Shown here one piece after another: positions 11,341 to 25,263 of a stretch of DNA of 64,000 nt. The notes under the pieces are model-generated. The model was not told the origin of the DNA. It searched no databases and worked only from the letters and a program-made list of their open reading frames with translations. Every line of letters begins with the position of its first letter. Within the stretch, counting starts at the first letter, position 1. A program made the translations under genes and the position numbers. The stretch comes from Camelus dromedarius (lineage: Eukaryota): contig NC_087437.1 of NCBI RefSeq assembly GCF_036321535.1, positions 9,860,001-9,924,000 on the forward strand. Direction: 5' to 3'.

Positions 11341-14300
11341 CAGGAAAGAGGTCTACATCAATGTGTTAGACGTATTAATGGGATCCGGCAGTAAATCAAG
11401 AATAAAACATTTAAGAAATCAAAGGTATATTTTTCCCCCAATAAGCTTGCTAATGAAAAAAAAAGGGGTGACAGCATGGGGTTTAGTTCTCATATTTATT
11501 AGCATGTAATGGCTTTAAAATGTTGGCTCTGGAGTCATACAAGCCTAGAATTGAGTCTCAGTTTTGATATCTGAATAAGACTCAGTATGGGCATCTATAA
11601 ATGGAAATGATAATAATATTTGCCACATGGGATTCTCCTAGAGATCAAAGTAAATAATGAATATAAAATGTGCAGGTGAGTGTCAGTCCATTGGGAGTAC
11701 TCAAGATGTTCTGGGTACTATTATTTTTTACCTGCAAGGAAGAATTCTGAGAAAATTACAATACTTAAAATGCCAAGGGTGGAGGACATGGGGGCAGATG
11801 GCAGTAAAGACTGGGTTGAATGCCCAAGTGGAAAGCAAGCCGGCAGTGGGACAAAATAAAATTCTTCGGCAAATAGAAGAGGCAAGACCAAGAAAATGGA
11901 TGAAAAATGCATAGAGAATCTGAGGTCGAAAGGAAAGCCACGAGGAACACAAACATCAGATAACCTTGATAAATTAATAAAGAATCAGACAAGTTGTCTC
12001 CAGAGTGAAGAGAGTTAGGTCAGAGGCTGGACGTAAATGGAAAATTATGGAGCGAGAGATGGGGAGAATAAACTAGGAGACAAATTAAAATTGAGGGTAA
12101 GTGTTTCTGATGGGGAAAAGGAGCCGAGATGAATTAGCACTAAGCGAACTGATGGGGGAATAAATTGGCCCACGGCCTGACATTTTCAGCAATATTTTGG
12201 AAACAGCAAGCAGAGAAGCAGGTATTAAGTGGCAGGAATTATCCAAGATTGAGTATCAGCAGCACAAAACTAAAAGGAAATGATCCCAGGAAATTCTGAG
12301 TTTTTGAGAAAAAAGGAATCATAGCCTATTGGACTGAACATCTTAAAGCTGTTACATGCTGTATTGGAAATGAAGATGGACTGTGAAAAAAGACAGTGAC
12401 CAGGGAACTGGAGGTCACAGTGAGGATAAACATAAATATTATTAGAAATAAGGGAAGTGGAAATTTGGTAGCTTCAGCCAGAGAGGAAATACTCAAAGGT
12501 TAAGTTCCCTCGAATGCATTTTCTTTTAAAGGTAGAATACTTTGCTTTCTAAACACACAAATATTTTCCCTAAAAAGGGCCGAAGAGGTTACCTAAAATA
12601 CCTGCAGTACAGGCTTTTAGAAATTGTTCCATTTCAGAAAATACGCAAAAAATTAGCACAAAGTGAAAGCTAAATTTATAAATCATGCAGCTGCCTAATA
12701 TGAACACCTTGGAGAACAACAGATAGTAAATCATCTTTGAAATATGGGAAATTTAAAAGGCCCAAACTATATTTTAGCCTAATCTTTACTACATGTAAAG
12801 ATCTTTACATAGTTTTGTCAAATATTATCTGGGACATGAATCAATGAAATTTACATTAATTAAATACGTATTGCTTAATTTGAAAAGCTCTTTTGAATGG
12901 GTATTGATGTTGAAAAAAGTCACAACAAATAGCATTTAAAGACTAACAGGCAATATTAGAATAGGGTTGTGTGAAAAGAACTTGCTAGGAATCCTAAAAT
13001 TGGGACAAACTATAAACTACTTTAGGAAAAGAAAACAGAACCAAAGAACACTGGGTGGGTAGGGAAGCTAGCAAATACTAGACACTAGGAAAGATGAACT
13101 TCAAATGCCAGGAGCAAGGAATATCACAACCAAATGCACTCAGAGGCTCACAGTCGCATTTTCCTTCATAGATCTCTTTGAGAATATAATAAAAGTCCTG
13201 GATTTTCCACCCAGAAAATGCCATTAAGCACAAATACAGATTGTTGCTTACAGCATCAGGGGAGCCCCAGATTTCCATTAGCTCGTGAGCTCTGGTTTGT
13301 GAATCCCTGCACACTGACTCACCATCTCCTCCTGTGAAAATCTGTGCTCCCGAGAAGTAATTGGATGATGTCCTCTGTAAACATCCACAACATTCTTTAA
13401 TTCAAAAGGACAAGGACAAATTGAGAATCAAAAGGCCACAACAAGTGCCAAGCTGATATTAGAGACCACTTTCCTTAATCTGGACCTAAAGGAATTGACT
13501 TTAAATTTATTTAAATTTCTAACAGATTTTTTGAGATGATAGCAATGTCGTCATGCATTTTCCTTTGAAGGCTTTTCTCATTAGTCCCAGAACTTTTAAC
13601 AGAAAATATCTATCTTACTGTTTCTTATTTCAAGATTTCTTATAATCAGAACTGCCTTCAATACAGGCAAAAGGGACCCCTGCCCAGGGTACTTTATGGA
13701 GCACTTTTCACATCACAGAGCACATGCACTCAAATGCTTTCTGGAAGAGTACGTGTGTGCTTCACATGGGGTCCGATGGTCTGCACAGGGATATCCACTC
13801 TCGTGACTTAATAAGTCAACAGTAAGGTCCCAAGGAAGACATTTCTGCCCATCTCCTAACCTATGTCCTCAAAACGAAGAGTGACTCTCTAAATGTCATC
13901 AGGGTTTATAGGCTGTCCTCCAGCTAATGCCAGAGATGGGCACTGCTTAGAGATCAAAGAGGATGTGACAGGATTTGTACTCTAGTAAAAGAAAAGCAAA
14001 AAACTTTGTCCCAAACCCTTCCTTTCAGTTGCTATAAATGCAATAAATTATCTCATGAGAGATCATTTCCCTAGTATTCCCAGAATACTAGAAATATATG
14101 AGAATGAGAAATTTTATTTTTTAATATTTAAGAGAATAAAATAAAATTTTCAAAAATTGATTTAAACATCAGCTTTCTTCAGAGAATATTATTATTTCAT
14201 CTTTTAATTTTAATAGGTAACTTTAAACACTTTCAAAGGAGGATAACTATAATGATCATACGAAAATTAATTTCAATTTTTAATATTTGCATTAATTTGT

Positions 14301-14375
14301 TTTTGATGAAAATAGAAATGTACACTTTGAGTGTAAATACTTTTTAATTGTTTAGATCATGTGTCTTACTATAAC

Positions 14376-14524
14376 AAAAATTAACTATAGTAATATAATT
14401 AAGCATTTTGTTGAAATTAAAGCAGCAAAAATTAATTATAGTAATACAATTAAGCATTTTGTTGAAATTAAAGCAGCAAAAATTAATTATAGTAATATAA
14501 TTAAGCATTTTGTTGAAATTAAAG
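14376..14524. repeat. 51-bp minisatellite, about 2.9 copies
   Basis: Unit aaaaattaa(c/t)tatagtaata(t/c)aattaagcattttgttgaaattaaagcagc starting at 14376, 14427 and 14478. Confidence 0.97.
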
Positions 14525-15104
14525 TAAGAAAAATCAATTTATGGAAAAATATAATTAATAAATTGTGCTATGTGATTTGTGCATAAGCTCCTGATTTTTG
14601 TGAGTTCCACAAATTGTACTTTCTGTCATCATTTAATATCACATTTCATTCTGTTTGGAATTTTTAACCCTACATTTCACCTCTTCTGATATTAATACTG
14701 CTGACCTTCTTTCATTGTTTTTGGTTTTGGTTTTTTTGCCATTTTCTGATATTTTCCCACTACTATAAGTTCAAGCCTTCATTATTGTTTTATTTTACCC
14801 ATGTTCCATGTAAAAACACATATCCATTTTATTTTTAACCCTTTCTGCAGGAATTCAGGCTACTTGTATTTAATACAATGACTTGATATACATTATTCCT
14901 TCCAACATGCTTCATTACTCATTTCAAATGCTGTTTCCTAATTATTTCTTTTACTTTCATTGCCTAGTGTTAATTTCCTATTCTTTTCACTCCTCCCCTT
15001 GCTAAGTAGGAAAATCTATTTTGCTTTTCTACTCCTTTAATGGTCTCCATTCTGTTAATAAGCACACTTTCCTTTTGGGTTTCTTAATACTAATACTATT
15101 CCTT

Positions 15105-15204
15105 TTTCAAAATTTTCTATTGAAGTCTAGTTGATCTACAATGTTAGTTTCAGGTGTACAGCAAAGTGATTCAGTTATATGTATATGTATATGTATAATG
15201 TTTT

Positions 15205-15235
<31 letters not shown>

Positions 15236-15352
15236 TTCTTTTCAGATTCTTTTCCATTACAGGCTATTACAAGAGACTGAATATAGTTCCCTGTGCTCTA
15301 CAGTAGGTCCTTGTTGTTTATCTACTTTATACATAGTGTGTGTCTGTTAATC
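15105..15352 (-). mobile_element. Artiodactyl-type L1 3' end
   Basis: ttgaagtctagttgatctacaatgttagtttcaggtgtacagc...aatatagttccctgtgctctacagtaggtccttg. Confidence 0.85.
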
Positions 15353-17369
15353 CTTTTTGTTAAGAGTGTTATTTCCCTGACCTGTACAAGCTGTTCATCT
15401 CACTGTTGCTCATGACTTCTCTTCCTCATGTCTGTTCCCTTCACATCCCCCATAAAATGAGAGCTTTAGAAAACTTTCTTCCTCCCCTAACTCATAGTTT
15501 TGTTTTGTTTTGAGATTGTTGAGTCCTTCTAGGTCTGAGCTACTACTAAACTCGGTTAGCATGTATCTTTTCTAGAATCCTTCACTCATAATCACAGACC
15601 ATGTATTCTCAGACAATCTCTCTTTACCCATATCTACATACCATTTCTCACCACTGTTTTCCTTTCTTCTTTACCCTTCCCTAACTTGGGCTACCTGTTG
15701 TTTGCTATTTATTGCACTTTCTTAAATACTTTCTTCAGAAAGGGGCAAAGAATATACACTTTGAATTATTTATAGCCTCAAAAATTTTTTTCATCTAAAT
15801 AGAGGAAAGATACCTTGACTGAATAGAGTAAAATTACATTGTAAGACCTTTCCCTCTGAAGTCTGGACACTGTTATGCTCTTCTCTATCTCCCAGTGCTA
15901 TAAAGAAGCAGCCCAGTGAGTCTGAAGTTTTCAGGAGACTTGACTGGACTCTGCAGAATTTTGTAAAGTTTCTCCTTTAACTTCATACATGAGGAATTTT
16001 CAGTCTATCCCAGCCTTTTCTCACCAACACAGCCCTTCCAATCTACCCACTCTTCTGTTTCTTTAGGTTAGTCTATTATTTAATTTTTACTCCTCTTTCC
16101 TGTTTATTTCTCTCCCACTAGAATACCACTCTTCGCATAAAACATCTACTGTATTATCCTCCAAGTCTCTTCCAAACACTTCCTCATGTTTTGTTTGGCT
16201 TTTCCAATTGCTCAACCATTCCATGATTTTCTTCTTCTTCAACTTTTCTCCGGAATTATTAAGCTCAAAAATATTTCATGTGTACCAGACATTCTTCACT
16301 TAAGCACTTTTCACTTATTTTTAATTGGGTCGTCACTGCCTCCCTGAGCAGCCCTAGCTTGGTGCTCTGTTTGTTCTGCTCTGTCTCCCCTTCTCATTGC
16401 CGGGGCACCTTAAATGGACTTTGTTCTCTTCCTCAGATGGGACCTCGTAGGGCTGTAGGTGGCACCCTTCCTGAAGATGGTGGAAAGTAGGCAGTCTACT
16501 CTCATGGCCAGGAAATGTGGAAGACCTGGGCAGAGGAATCTTCTTGGGTCCTGGTCCTCCTCTACCCTTAGGGGCAGGAAAAGCATGCCCAAAAAACATG
16601 CCCAGACTCTTTGTGGCTTACAGGGAGATCTGGAATAAATATTTGGCGTTAATATCAATCATTCCCACAGCACACCCTCAGCTTTCTGTAGGTCAGGCTC
16701 TTCCTACAGTGTATCCCTTTCCCGTCCTTGCCCGGGGCTCTCTGTTGCTGGGTTACAAAGACAGGGCTGGCTCATAACTGAGAAAACCTCTCACATTATC
16801 TCTGATACTCATAAGGCCCCACAGGGTTCAGGAAAACAAGTAGATGGGAGTGGGGAATGGAGGAGAAAATGGGCGAAGTGCTGGACCAGCAAGGCTCCCC
16901 CACAACCTCCCTGGCTTCTGATCACGAGCTGATGACTAACAATGCTCACACACTTCGTTATAACAACCATCCAGACTTGAAACTTCAAGAGTACAAAACT
17001 GGGAGGAGGCAGGGGGAGACTGCATGTGGGATTCAGCTAAAGATGGTTAATTTCTACTCTTCAAGGGAGGGAATGCTAAATGCTGTTATATTCTTAAAGA
17101 TAATGAAAAATAGACTTTTGAAAAGAAAAGCCAATGCCAAAATCCTACTAAACAATTTCATTTCTGGATAGAGCTGCAAAATCGTACCTAAAATGAGAAG
17201 CTGAATCTGTCTTTTAATAATAAAAATTACAGGAGATAACCTTCACTGTGTCCTTACAATGAGTCAGGCAAGGTGCTAAGTGATGGCTATGAATCATTGC
17301 CCCCAACTGTCTAGAGCTAATAAGGTATTTCAGTAAGGTGTCTGTTTGTGAAATAAATATGTACAGTGT

Positions 17370-17720
17370 AATGACTCTTCTGCATACCAAGAACAAGATT
17401 TATAATATAATGGAAGTCCATTCATAGTCACAACACAAATAAAACCAGAGATAAATAACAGAAATGAGCACAACTTAAGTGAAGAAATACACAGATTTGC
17501 TGACTAATACAAAAGCAGAAAATGAAACGGAAAAACATTTCATGATCCTATGAGCAGTCTCAGTATTTTAAAGACTTCAGTTCTACTCGAATTACCTATA
17601 TATTCCGGGCAACCCCAATCAAAATCTCAACAGCATTTTTTAATGGAATTTGACAAGCTAATTCTAAAGCACACTTGGAAAAGGAAATGTAGGATACAGC
17701 AAGAGCATTTTGGAAAGAGA
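17370..17720 (+). mobile_element. Old L1M ORF2 fragment
   Basis: caaccccaatcaaaatctcaacagcatttttt...gaatttgacaagctaattctaaa is typical of L1 ORF2. Confidence 0.75.
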
Positions 17721-17864
17721 GATTCTTTTACCGTCCCTTACACGTCTTGACCTCCACTCATCACAAGTGACACCTCTTCAATCACTCCTCCCTTTTGATT
17801 TATTATCATCACTATCTGTGCTGAGCATGAGACTGACAAAGTGGTCTTTTTCGAGAAAGTGAAA

Positions 17865-18110
17865 CATAGTGAGTAAAAGCAGAGATCTCAAACTGCCTGG
17901 GTTTGAATCTGAGCCCCACCACTTGCCAGCTGTGTGACCCCGGGCAGGTCACTTAACCTCTCTGTGCATCAGATTCTTTTATAGTAAATGGAGATAAAAG
18001 TTATAATGATAATACCCATTTCATAGATTTGTCGTGATAATTAAACAAATGAAAATATAAGGTTCTTAGTACAATGCATGCCAAAGAGTGCTATATAATT
18101 GTTCATTATG
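17865..18110 (+). mobile_element. MIR SINE
   Basis: gcctgggtttgaatc...agctgtgtgacccgggcaggtcacttaacctctctgtgc. Confidence 0.88.
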
Positions 18111-18527
18111 ATTATGATTATAATAAATTCTGAAGACAAGGAAGTTCAGGTGTTTTGGCCTTGAGCTTTTTTAGAAAATTGTTCCAGGATTTTTTAAAGT
18201 GTGAGATGAACAATAAACTATTTAGAAAAGTCCAGCTTTAGCACTTTTGAATAGTTTGGGATGCTGGGGTATTGAATGCACTTTTGTTCTTATTTTAGTG
18301 GGGAGAGGGGGCAAGTGGAATTGGTCCTTTAGTTATGCAACAACAAAGCCCCCAAAAAATCTATCATAAATGACAAGTTCTGGAAAACTGCTCTATAAAT
18401 CTTTGTATCTTGATCGATACATGTAATCTGTAAAACTGGGCCATCTTGCCCTCTTTTAAGGCCAGTCTGAGTATCATGAAAGATCAAAAAAGAATCACAG
18501 TTTTTAGTCTAAAGCCTAGTAGTTCTT

Positions 18528-18937
18528 TTCATTTATTTATTTTTTGATGTAGAGTTGATTTACAGTGTTGTGTTAGTTTCCGGTGTACAGCATAGTGATT
18601 CACCCACTTTTTCATATTCTTTTTCATTATAGGTTATTACAAGATGTTGAATATAGTTCCCTGTGCTATACCATAGGGCCTTGTTGTTTATCTATTTTAT
18701 ATACAGTAGTTTGTAGCTGCTAATCCCAAACTCCTAATTTATTCCTCCTCCCCTCCTTCCCCTTTTGGTAACCATAAGTTTGTTTTCTAATGTCTGTGAG
18801 TCTGTTTCTGTTTTGTAAATAAGTTCATTTGTATCATTTTTTAAGATTCCACCTATAAGTGTTATTATATGGTATTTGTCTTTCTCTGACTTACTTCACT
18901 TAGAATGATCATCTCTAGGTCCACCCATGTTGCTACA
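18528..18937 (-). mobile_element. Artiodactyl-type L1 3' end
   Basis: T-tail, gatttacagtgttgtgttagtt...tctctgacttacttcacttagaatgatcatctctaggtccacccatgttgc. Confidence 0.9.
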
Positions 18938-20339
18938 AATAAACCTAATACGTTCTTAACTGGGAATGCTGTTGAGAGGTGGCAGGGAGGAAATTCACCA
19001 CATAACACAGGGCATAATTTCCCAATAATAATCATTATCCATCTCTTCCCCCCAAGCACCATACGTCACAGTGGTCATGTGATCTCCCCTTTCTCATAAA
19101 CAGTTCACCACACTGGCGCCGCTTCCCCTCAGTCACTAGTTGCCAAAAGCAAAGGTAGGTCCATCCCCACCCCTCCCTCCCTCCCTTCTGTTTTCCCCTC
19201 CGGTGAGGTCCTAAAGGGCATGACTCAAATTTGTCTCTTTGAATTTGGACTTAAGTCTGAATCTCCATTCAAAATATGACAAGCGGAAAGAACCATGAAC
19301 ACTTATATTCTAATTATTGTGCCTCTGTCTTACACAAGAGGGTGCATCCATTGTGGTCAAACTTCCTGACTGCATCGACTTTTGCAGACTTTAGGGTAGA
19401 CCTGAGTCAGAGACGTGACGGGGAAACTCCCCTTCCCAAGCCCTAGAGAAATCTGGGGGCCTAGAATTCCAGAAAATACATCAGAGAAGCTCCTGTGTGC
19501 AAGGGAAGGGGGGAGGTATCTGGGCTGCACAACATGATCCCACCCCACAGGCCACCAGAGGGCCAGCCAAGAGCCCTGTGCTGAGGGCTCAGGCCCTGGG
19601 ATCTAGCTCTTGCCTATCTCCTGGGCTTTTTCTGCTTGTGGTTTAATTCTTTCCTGTTTTTCATGAGGAGAGTTTTATTAAACTCTGTTCTTCTCTGTGT
19701 TGAGCACTAGAGGGAGAGGTCTGAATCCACAGGCAGGGTGAGTAGAGAGTAGGGACAAGTTAAAAAAGCACGAAGAAACCAGCCAAGAATGGGGCATCAG
19801 TATCAGACAGAGGGTCAAGACATGGGACAAGTTAACACCTGGATAGATTCGTGTTTTCAACATATAAGGCAGCATTCTGATTTCAAGACATTTTTAGTAT
19901 TCAGTTTGATACCCTTTCATAGACCAAATAAACACAGCCATGGAGGGAGCACGCAGTTGAAGAAACAGAACATTCTCAGAACCCCAGAAGGCCTTCTTCT
20001 GCTCTCCTCTCATCACTATGTGCCCCATGCAAGGGAGGAACAGAATCAGAGTGGGTGTAATCTTCTGTGTCAGGCTCTCAATATGTATTTGAGATTCTTT
20101 CCTGGTTTTTATGTAATTGTAGACAACTTGTTCCTATAGCTTGATAGCATCAAGAAAACATTCTTTAGGAATACTCAGAAATATCTGAGAAGAGGAAACT
20201 GATACAGTATTGTATTTGCTACCTTGAAGTGAGAAAAAGGAAGGGCTAGTGTTTCTTGGCTACTTAAGAGGAAAATTCTGTCTTTTATAAAATCTCACTT
20301 TCCTGAAAAGGGGCCAGTGACTATGTTAACCACATTAAA

Positions 20340-20520
20340 TAAATTTTCCCATTCTATCCTCCCAGTGACCCTGTAAATGATGATGATGATGGTGATAATG
20401 TCATCATTCATTTTAGAGATCAGAAAATTAAAGTTTAGGAAAGTCAGGTAAATTGCCCAAGGTCATGCTAGTTATAAACAGCATGAAAGCTGAGATTCAA
20501 ATTTAGGTAGCCTATTGGCC
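20340..20520 (-). mobile_element. MIR fragment
   Basis: cattttagagatcagaaaatt...aaattgcccaaggtcatgctag...gattcaaa. Confidence 0.7.
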
Positions 20521-23500
20521 AAGTATTCACTAAAACATAATACAGCTTGTAATAAACCATATTGTACTCTAAAACATAATATGACATTAGTCCCCAAATT
20601 AAGCACCATATGGTGGGCTGATCTCAGAGCCATATCCAGGGTGGCTTGGTTACTAAACCCAAAAAGACCTCCTTAAATCTAGACTTTGTCTTATTATAAA
20701 AGCAACTGCATATCATATCACATAAAATAATACAATAAAATTGCAGTGAGACATTACACATTTGTTTTTATTATGTGAACTTTTATCGAGTTGTTTCCCA
20801 AGGGGAAAAAAAATAAGCTTATGAGAATAAAACACATGAAGTATTTTATACTATTTATTCACACATATTCCTGCATTTATCATAAGGCTGAAGGTTCGTA
20901 GATAAAAGCAGCTGGGGTGCCAGAAAATAGGAAATTACCTCATGTTTAGACTCCTTGAGCCATTTACAAGGTTCCAGATCTTTTGTTTTGGGTCATTAAC
21001 ACCTTCGCTATATGGGATAGAGGGACAATAATGGAAGTGAAATCCAGGTGATTTATTTTTGAAACCTGTTTTAACTTCTTGTAAAAAAAAAAAAATGAAT
21101 AAGGAAAGCGTGGAAGTTATTGGCTAAAATGAGGTTTGGAGATTATCGGAGAGTTTCTTTTTATCACTCCTCCACCCTAATTTGCAAGTATAAGTGAGAA
21201 TGGGCCACAAAAGCCAATTTGAAAGCTGGTCGTTGGGAGTGTTAAATCTTACAACTTGAATAATGTAAGGACCGCTTTAGCTGCAAAGAGAATAGGGGGA
21301 ATAAATTGTCTTTCAGATGACAATTATTGTAAAATGAGAAACCTAATTTCCTAAGTTAAATTATCAGTAGGGAAATTTCACAGAAATTTCACAAAAGTTG
21401 TGAAAGCTTGCTTCTCTGTTCTCTTTTGTAGAGTCCATGGGCATTCATTAGATAACCAATCCTGGAGCAGTGGTACCGAAGCATAGGAGACATCAGCCCT
21501 TCCCAAATGCAATGACAGTGACTGACCAGCACACTGGAAAACACACAGAGACACATTTTTGTGCATCACTCCAGGGACTCCAAGGATTTCCTTAAATCTA
21601 ACACAAATCTGCATGGGGACCCAGCCACCCAGTGAAGAATCTCTTCTCTGTGTGGAGGTCTCCACAGAGCAGGTGGTGCCACATCCTATTTTGCTGGCCC
21701 CGAGGCAGACTGCCCATGGCCTGGCAGACGGGGAGCATCCGATGTGTGTTTAAACTGAGCTCGAGGCCAGGGCAAAGGAGCCCTCGGTTAGCGAAGCCTC
21801 GTGGAAGTGACACATCACTTTGGCCCCTCCGCTTTGTAAATGCCATCCTTGGACAGGATGTAATGTTGTTATTTCTTAAAGCATTTCTCTTCATTTTGTC
21901 TTTGTTTCAGCAGTTTAAGGGATAAAATAAAAAGCCTAATCATTTTAATATGATAAAACAGATCAGCAGGTAAAATGTCTCAATCTGTCTTCGGGAGGGA
22001 GGTTCTCTTCCCACTCTCCTCTCACCCTGGTTCTCCTAGCTAGCCCACGAGCTTCTTTTCACTGCAGTGTTCACTCCATGCAAGCAGGGATTTGTATCTG
22101 CACAAATGCACACCCAGCACAAGAACGGTACTGGAGGCAGAGTAGGGGCTTGTGTAGTTACTGAATGAATTGTCAAGTAAATGGAGAGTCCAATCAAATT
22201 CTTGCTTTGAAGAGCAAGCCTATCTCTACTTTGCACTTTTTGTCCCTAAAATCTATAGGTTCAACTTTAAATAACCACTCCCAAGTTTAGAGGCAGAGGT
22301 CAGAAGGCCTGTAGTGTCAGCCCAAAGTCTGTCTTTTTTCTGGTCTGTGCCCATGTTTACTTTATTGTGTTGCTTCTCCTGTCATTTGTATATTTGCTTT
22401 CTCTGTCTCTCTGTGTGTCTCTCTGTCTCTCTGTCTCACATTATTTCTTTGTCTTAGTGTTTATTTCTCATTGCTTTGTGTTTGTAGCATAGAAGATTTA
22501 TTGAAGCTTAAATTCCATGTGCCAACTTTACCGTAAGTTGATTTCAGAGCAAGCTATTCATTAAGTATTCCTGTGACAAATATTTCAGTGTCTTTATTCC
22601 AGATTTCATTAATGTTGGCCACTTATTATTTTTTAGTTCATGTCATGCTTTATGATGAAAGGGCTCACTTAGGTTATGCAATATGAATAGCACTGAAGTC
22701 TGTCCAGGAACACACTAATCAGAATAATTTATAAGAAGTGTTTATTTCTTAAACATTCTTTTAATAACCTCCCTTTAAAGTTCTTAGCAATTCATATAAA
22801 CAGATTGTAGAAAACCTAGTAACTGTCATGCAAAGCAATGTGAATGAAGCAATAAAGCCTTTATAACGAGATATTTACTTTAACGGCTACATGTAATTAT
22901 AACATTAATGAGAGCTTACTACTATTATTCCATGAAATTAAATTACGTAAACTATACCTGTAAAGCAACAATTTTGTCGTTAATACTCATGGGGTTTTTA
23001 ATCACAGCGCAAAATTTCAGACACAGCTCTTTCCAAAAGAGGAAAGAAGACAGCCTCTGCAATGGAGAAAGAATAAACTTTGTGAAGGGCTCCTTTAGCT
23101 AGAACTCAGAGTGAAATTTGCATCAGCTATAGATTACCAAAATATGTTGCCCCGTGTGTATTTGCTAGGAATTACTTAAGAAGTCCTGCTGATCCACCTA
23201 AGTTTTTCAAAATTTCTGCTAAGAAAGGAGCATCATTGATATAGTAATTTAATAACTAAATTTGTAATTCTTAGATTCAAAACTCATATCTTTTGGGTTT
23301 AAGTAACTTCTAAAGTAAATTTAGGAAAATATTTTCTCTAGCTTCCTGGTACATGCACTTGATTTAAAATTTGTGATCTCACTTTTCTAAATACCAATTA
23401 TTTGATTTTTGTTTGAAACGTATTAGCTGGAAACAATTTAAGACTGCAGAACACGTAGAAGAATAATACAGTGATTACTCATGGGACCTTCACTAAGTTG

Positions 23501-24675
23501 ATCCAGTTGTTAAAAGGAATATTTTGCTCGTCATCAGGTTAACAGTCATATCACTACTTATAAAATACATCTTTAATGTTTTATTTATCCGTATTGACTA
23601 AGAGACGATTCATGAACACCTAGTTGTACCAATTTTCAGGATATGTGGTTTATTGTTGCCCAGCTCCCCAGTACCTGTGACTACAAGTTCACCTGAGGGC
23701 TAGGCAAATTCAATATCAGAACTTTTATTTGGATTTCGTTGATCATTTTCTATTAATCGAAATTCATGACTGTAAGTTTTATGTTCTTAAATACATGAAG
23801 ATGAGTGGTTTTAGAGTTGTGCCTGATGAACTGCATTATCTGCAGTCCTGTGAGCCTTTCACCTTTGTCTGTGGTTCCGCTTGGCTCTTCATCACATTGT
23901 CTTGTGAGTTCACGTAGCTGGTTATTTTTGGATTGAGTGTAGGATGTTGGATTTGAAAAATTGTAGCCATTGTTTGAAGTCTAATAAGGTGTTATCATTC
24001 TGCAAGAGACTTTGCTTTTATATCTGGCTGGTGGCAAGAGTATTAGCCATCCTAGACCATCTTAGTCCAAACAGAGAGGAAGATGATTCAAAGCTGGTCT
24101 TTAGTACGTGTGGGGACTAGTCAGTGTTGGATTTGCCTTTACTTTGGGGTCTAGTCCTTGAGAACTCAAATCAAAGCCCTGGGGCTCCAATTTTTATTAC
24201 CCTAACCACATCTTTTTGTTTAAAGCTGTGTCTACATCTCATCTCTTTAGCTTCCTCCTTTGGATTCATCAAATGAGGTCCCAGAGTTAGATCTGCCCCT
24301 CTGGGCTTTCTTTTGCTCCAGGTTTCTAGTTTGATAATTCTTTCATTCTTTGATCATTCTTTAATGTCCTTGAGTTTTTTTCCATTTTTATATTTGTCCT
24401 AGGAGGGTAGATCCCAATTATCTAGTCCATCAGGTGGGAAGTAGAATTCTCATACGTTTTATTTTTTTTCATGATTCTTTTCTGCATTCATCAAATTTTC
24501 TATAATGTGCAACTACTTTTTGTTAAACAGTCATATTCATTCAACAGATATTAAGTAGCTTCAGTGAGCCAAGCAGATTTCTAGATGTCAGCAATGGTAG
24601 CAATAAATGGAAAAAGTTTCCTGCTCTCATAGAGTATCAGCTTTTATATTGAAAATAAAATATGACCACAATGTA

Positions 24676-25263
24676 TGAGAAAAAGAAAAGCAGCCCCTGT
24701 GACCCAGTGCCCCAGCATGGTTACGCGTTGACCTGGCACTCACAGGCAGGCTTGCTCTCCTGCAGGATGCAAATAATTTCACAGGACATCAACATCACAT
24801 AAGGACACTCTAGGACCATGATGGTTCCAGACAAAAATAAGATCACTGCACGAGGTCTGAACACAAATTACAAGGATTATCAGACTACAAAAATGACCCA
24901 GCGTTCCAGTATCCTGGCTAACGCGAGTGATTATTCCTTCTTTACCAATTACAGTGTCAGTCTCTGTCTGGCCTTCCCTCCTTCTGGATAGATTTATTAA
25001 GATGATCACAGAATTAGCCCTGTTTCCTGACAGCAACCAATCCAAAGCAAAACCTTACTCCCTTAAACCCTCCTCCAAATCACCTAACCAAAGCCTAAAT
25101 CCTACCATCAGTCTTTTCTAATACACTTTTCTACTCCTTTCTAATACTGTCCTACTCAGCAGTACCCCACAGAATATACTCTTCCTCAGTGCAACAGGTA
25201 ACAAACCCAACTTGTTCAACCATAGGTGTGTTCCTGAGGGTCTTTGCCTCAAGGGGATCGACA
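24676..25263 (+). mobile_element. ERV1-class solo LTR (MER34/MER39-like)
   Basis: TG...CA ends, ccaatc box and a 3' end aaacccaacttgttcaaccataggtgtgttcctg...gaca. No clean TSD. Confidence 0.7.

Noticed and set aside
14376..14524. CRISPR-like repeat array
   Set aside because: Head-to-tail repeats without unique spacers, in mammalian DNA.
20938..21070. Possible minus-strand exon (aaacag|...catgag|gtaatt)
   Set aside because: The donor is weak, the acceptor lacks an adjacent pyrimidine tract, and the internal ATG frames stop quickly. Indistinguishable from chance.
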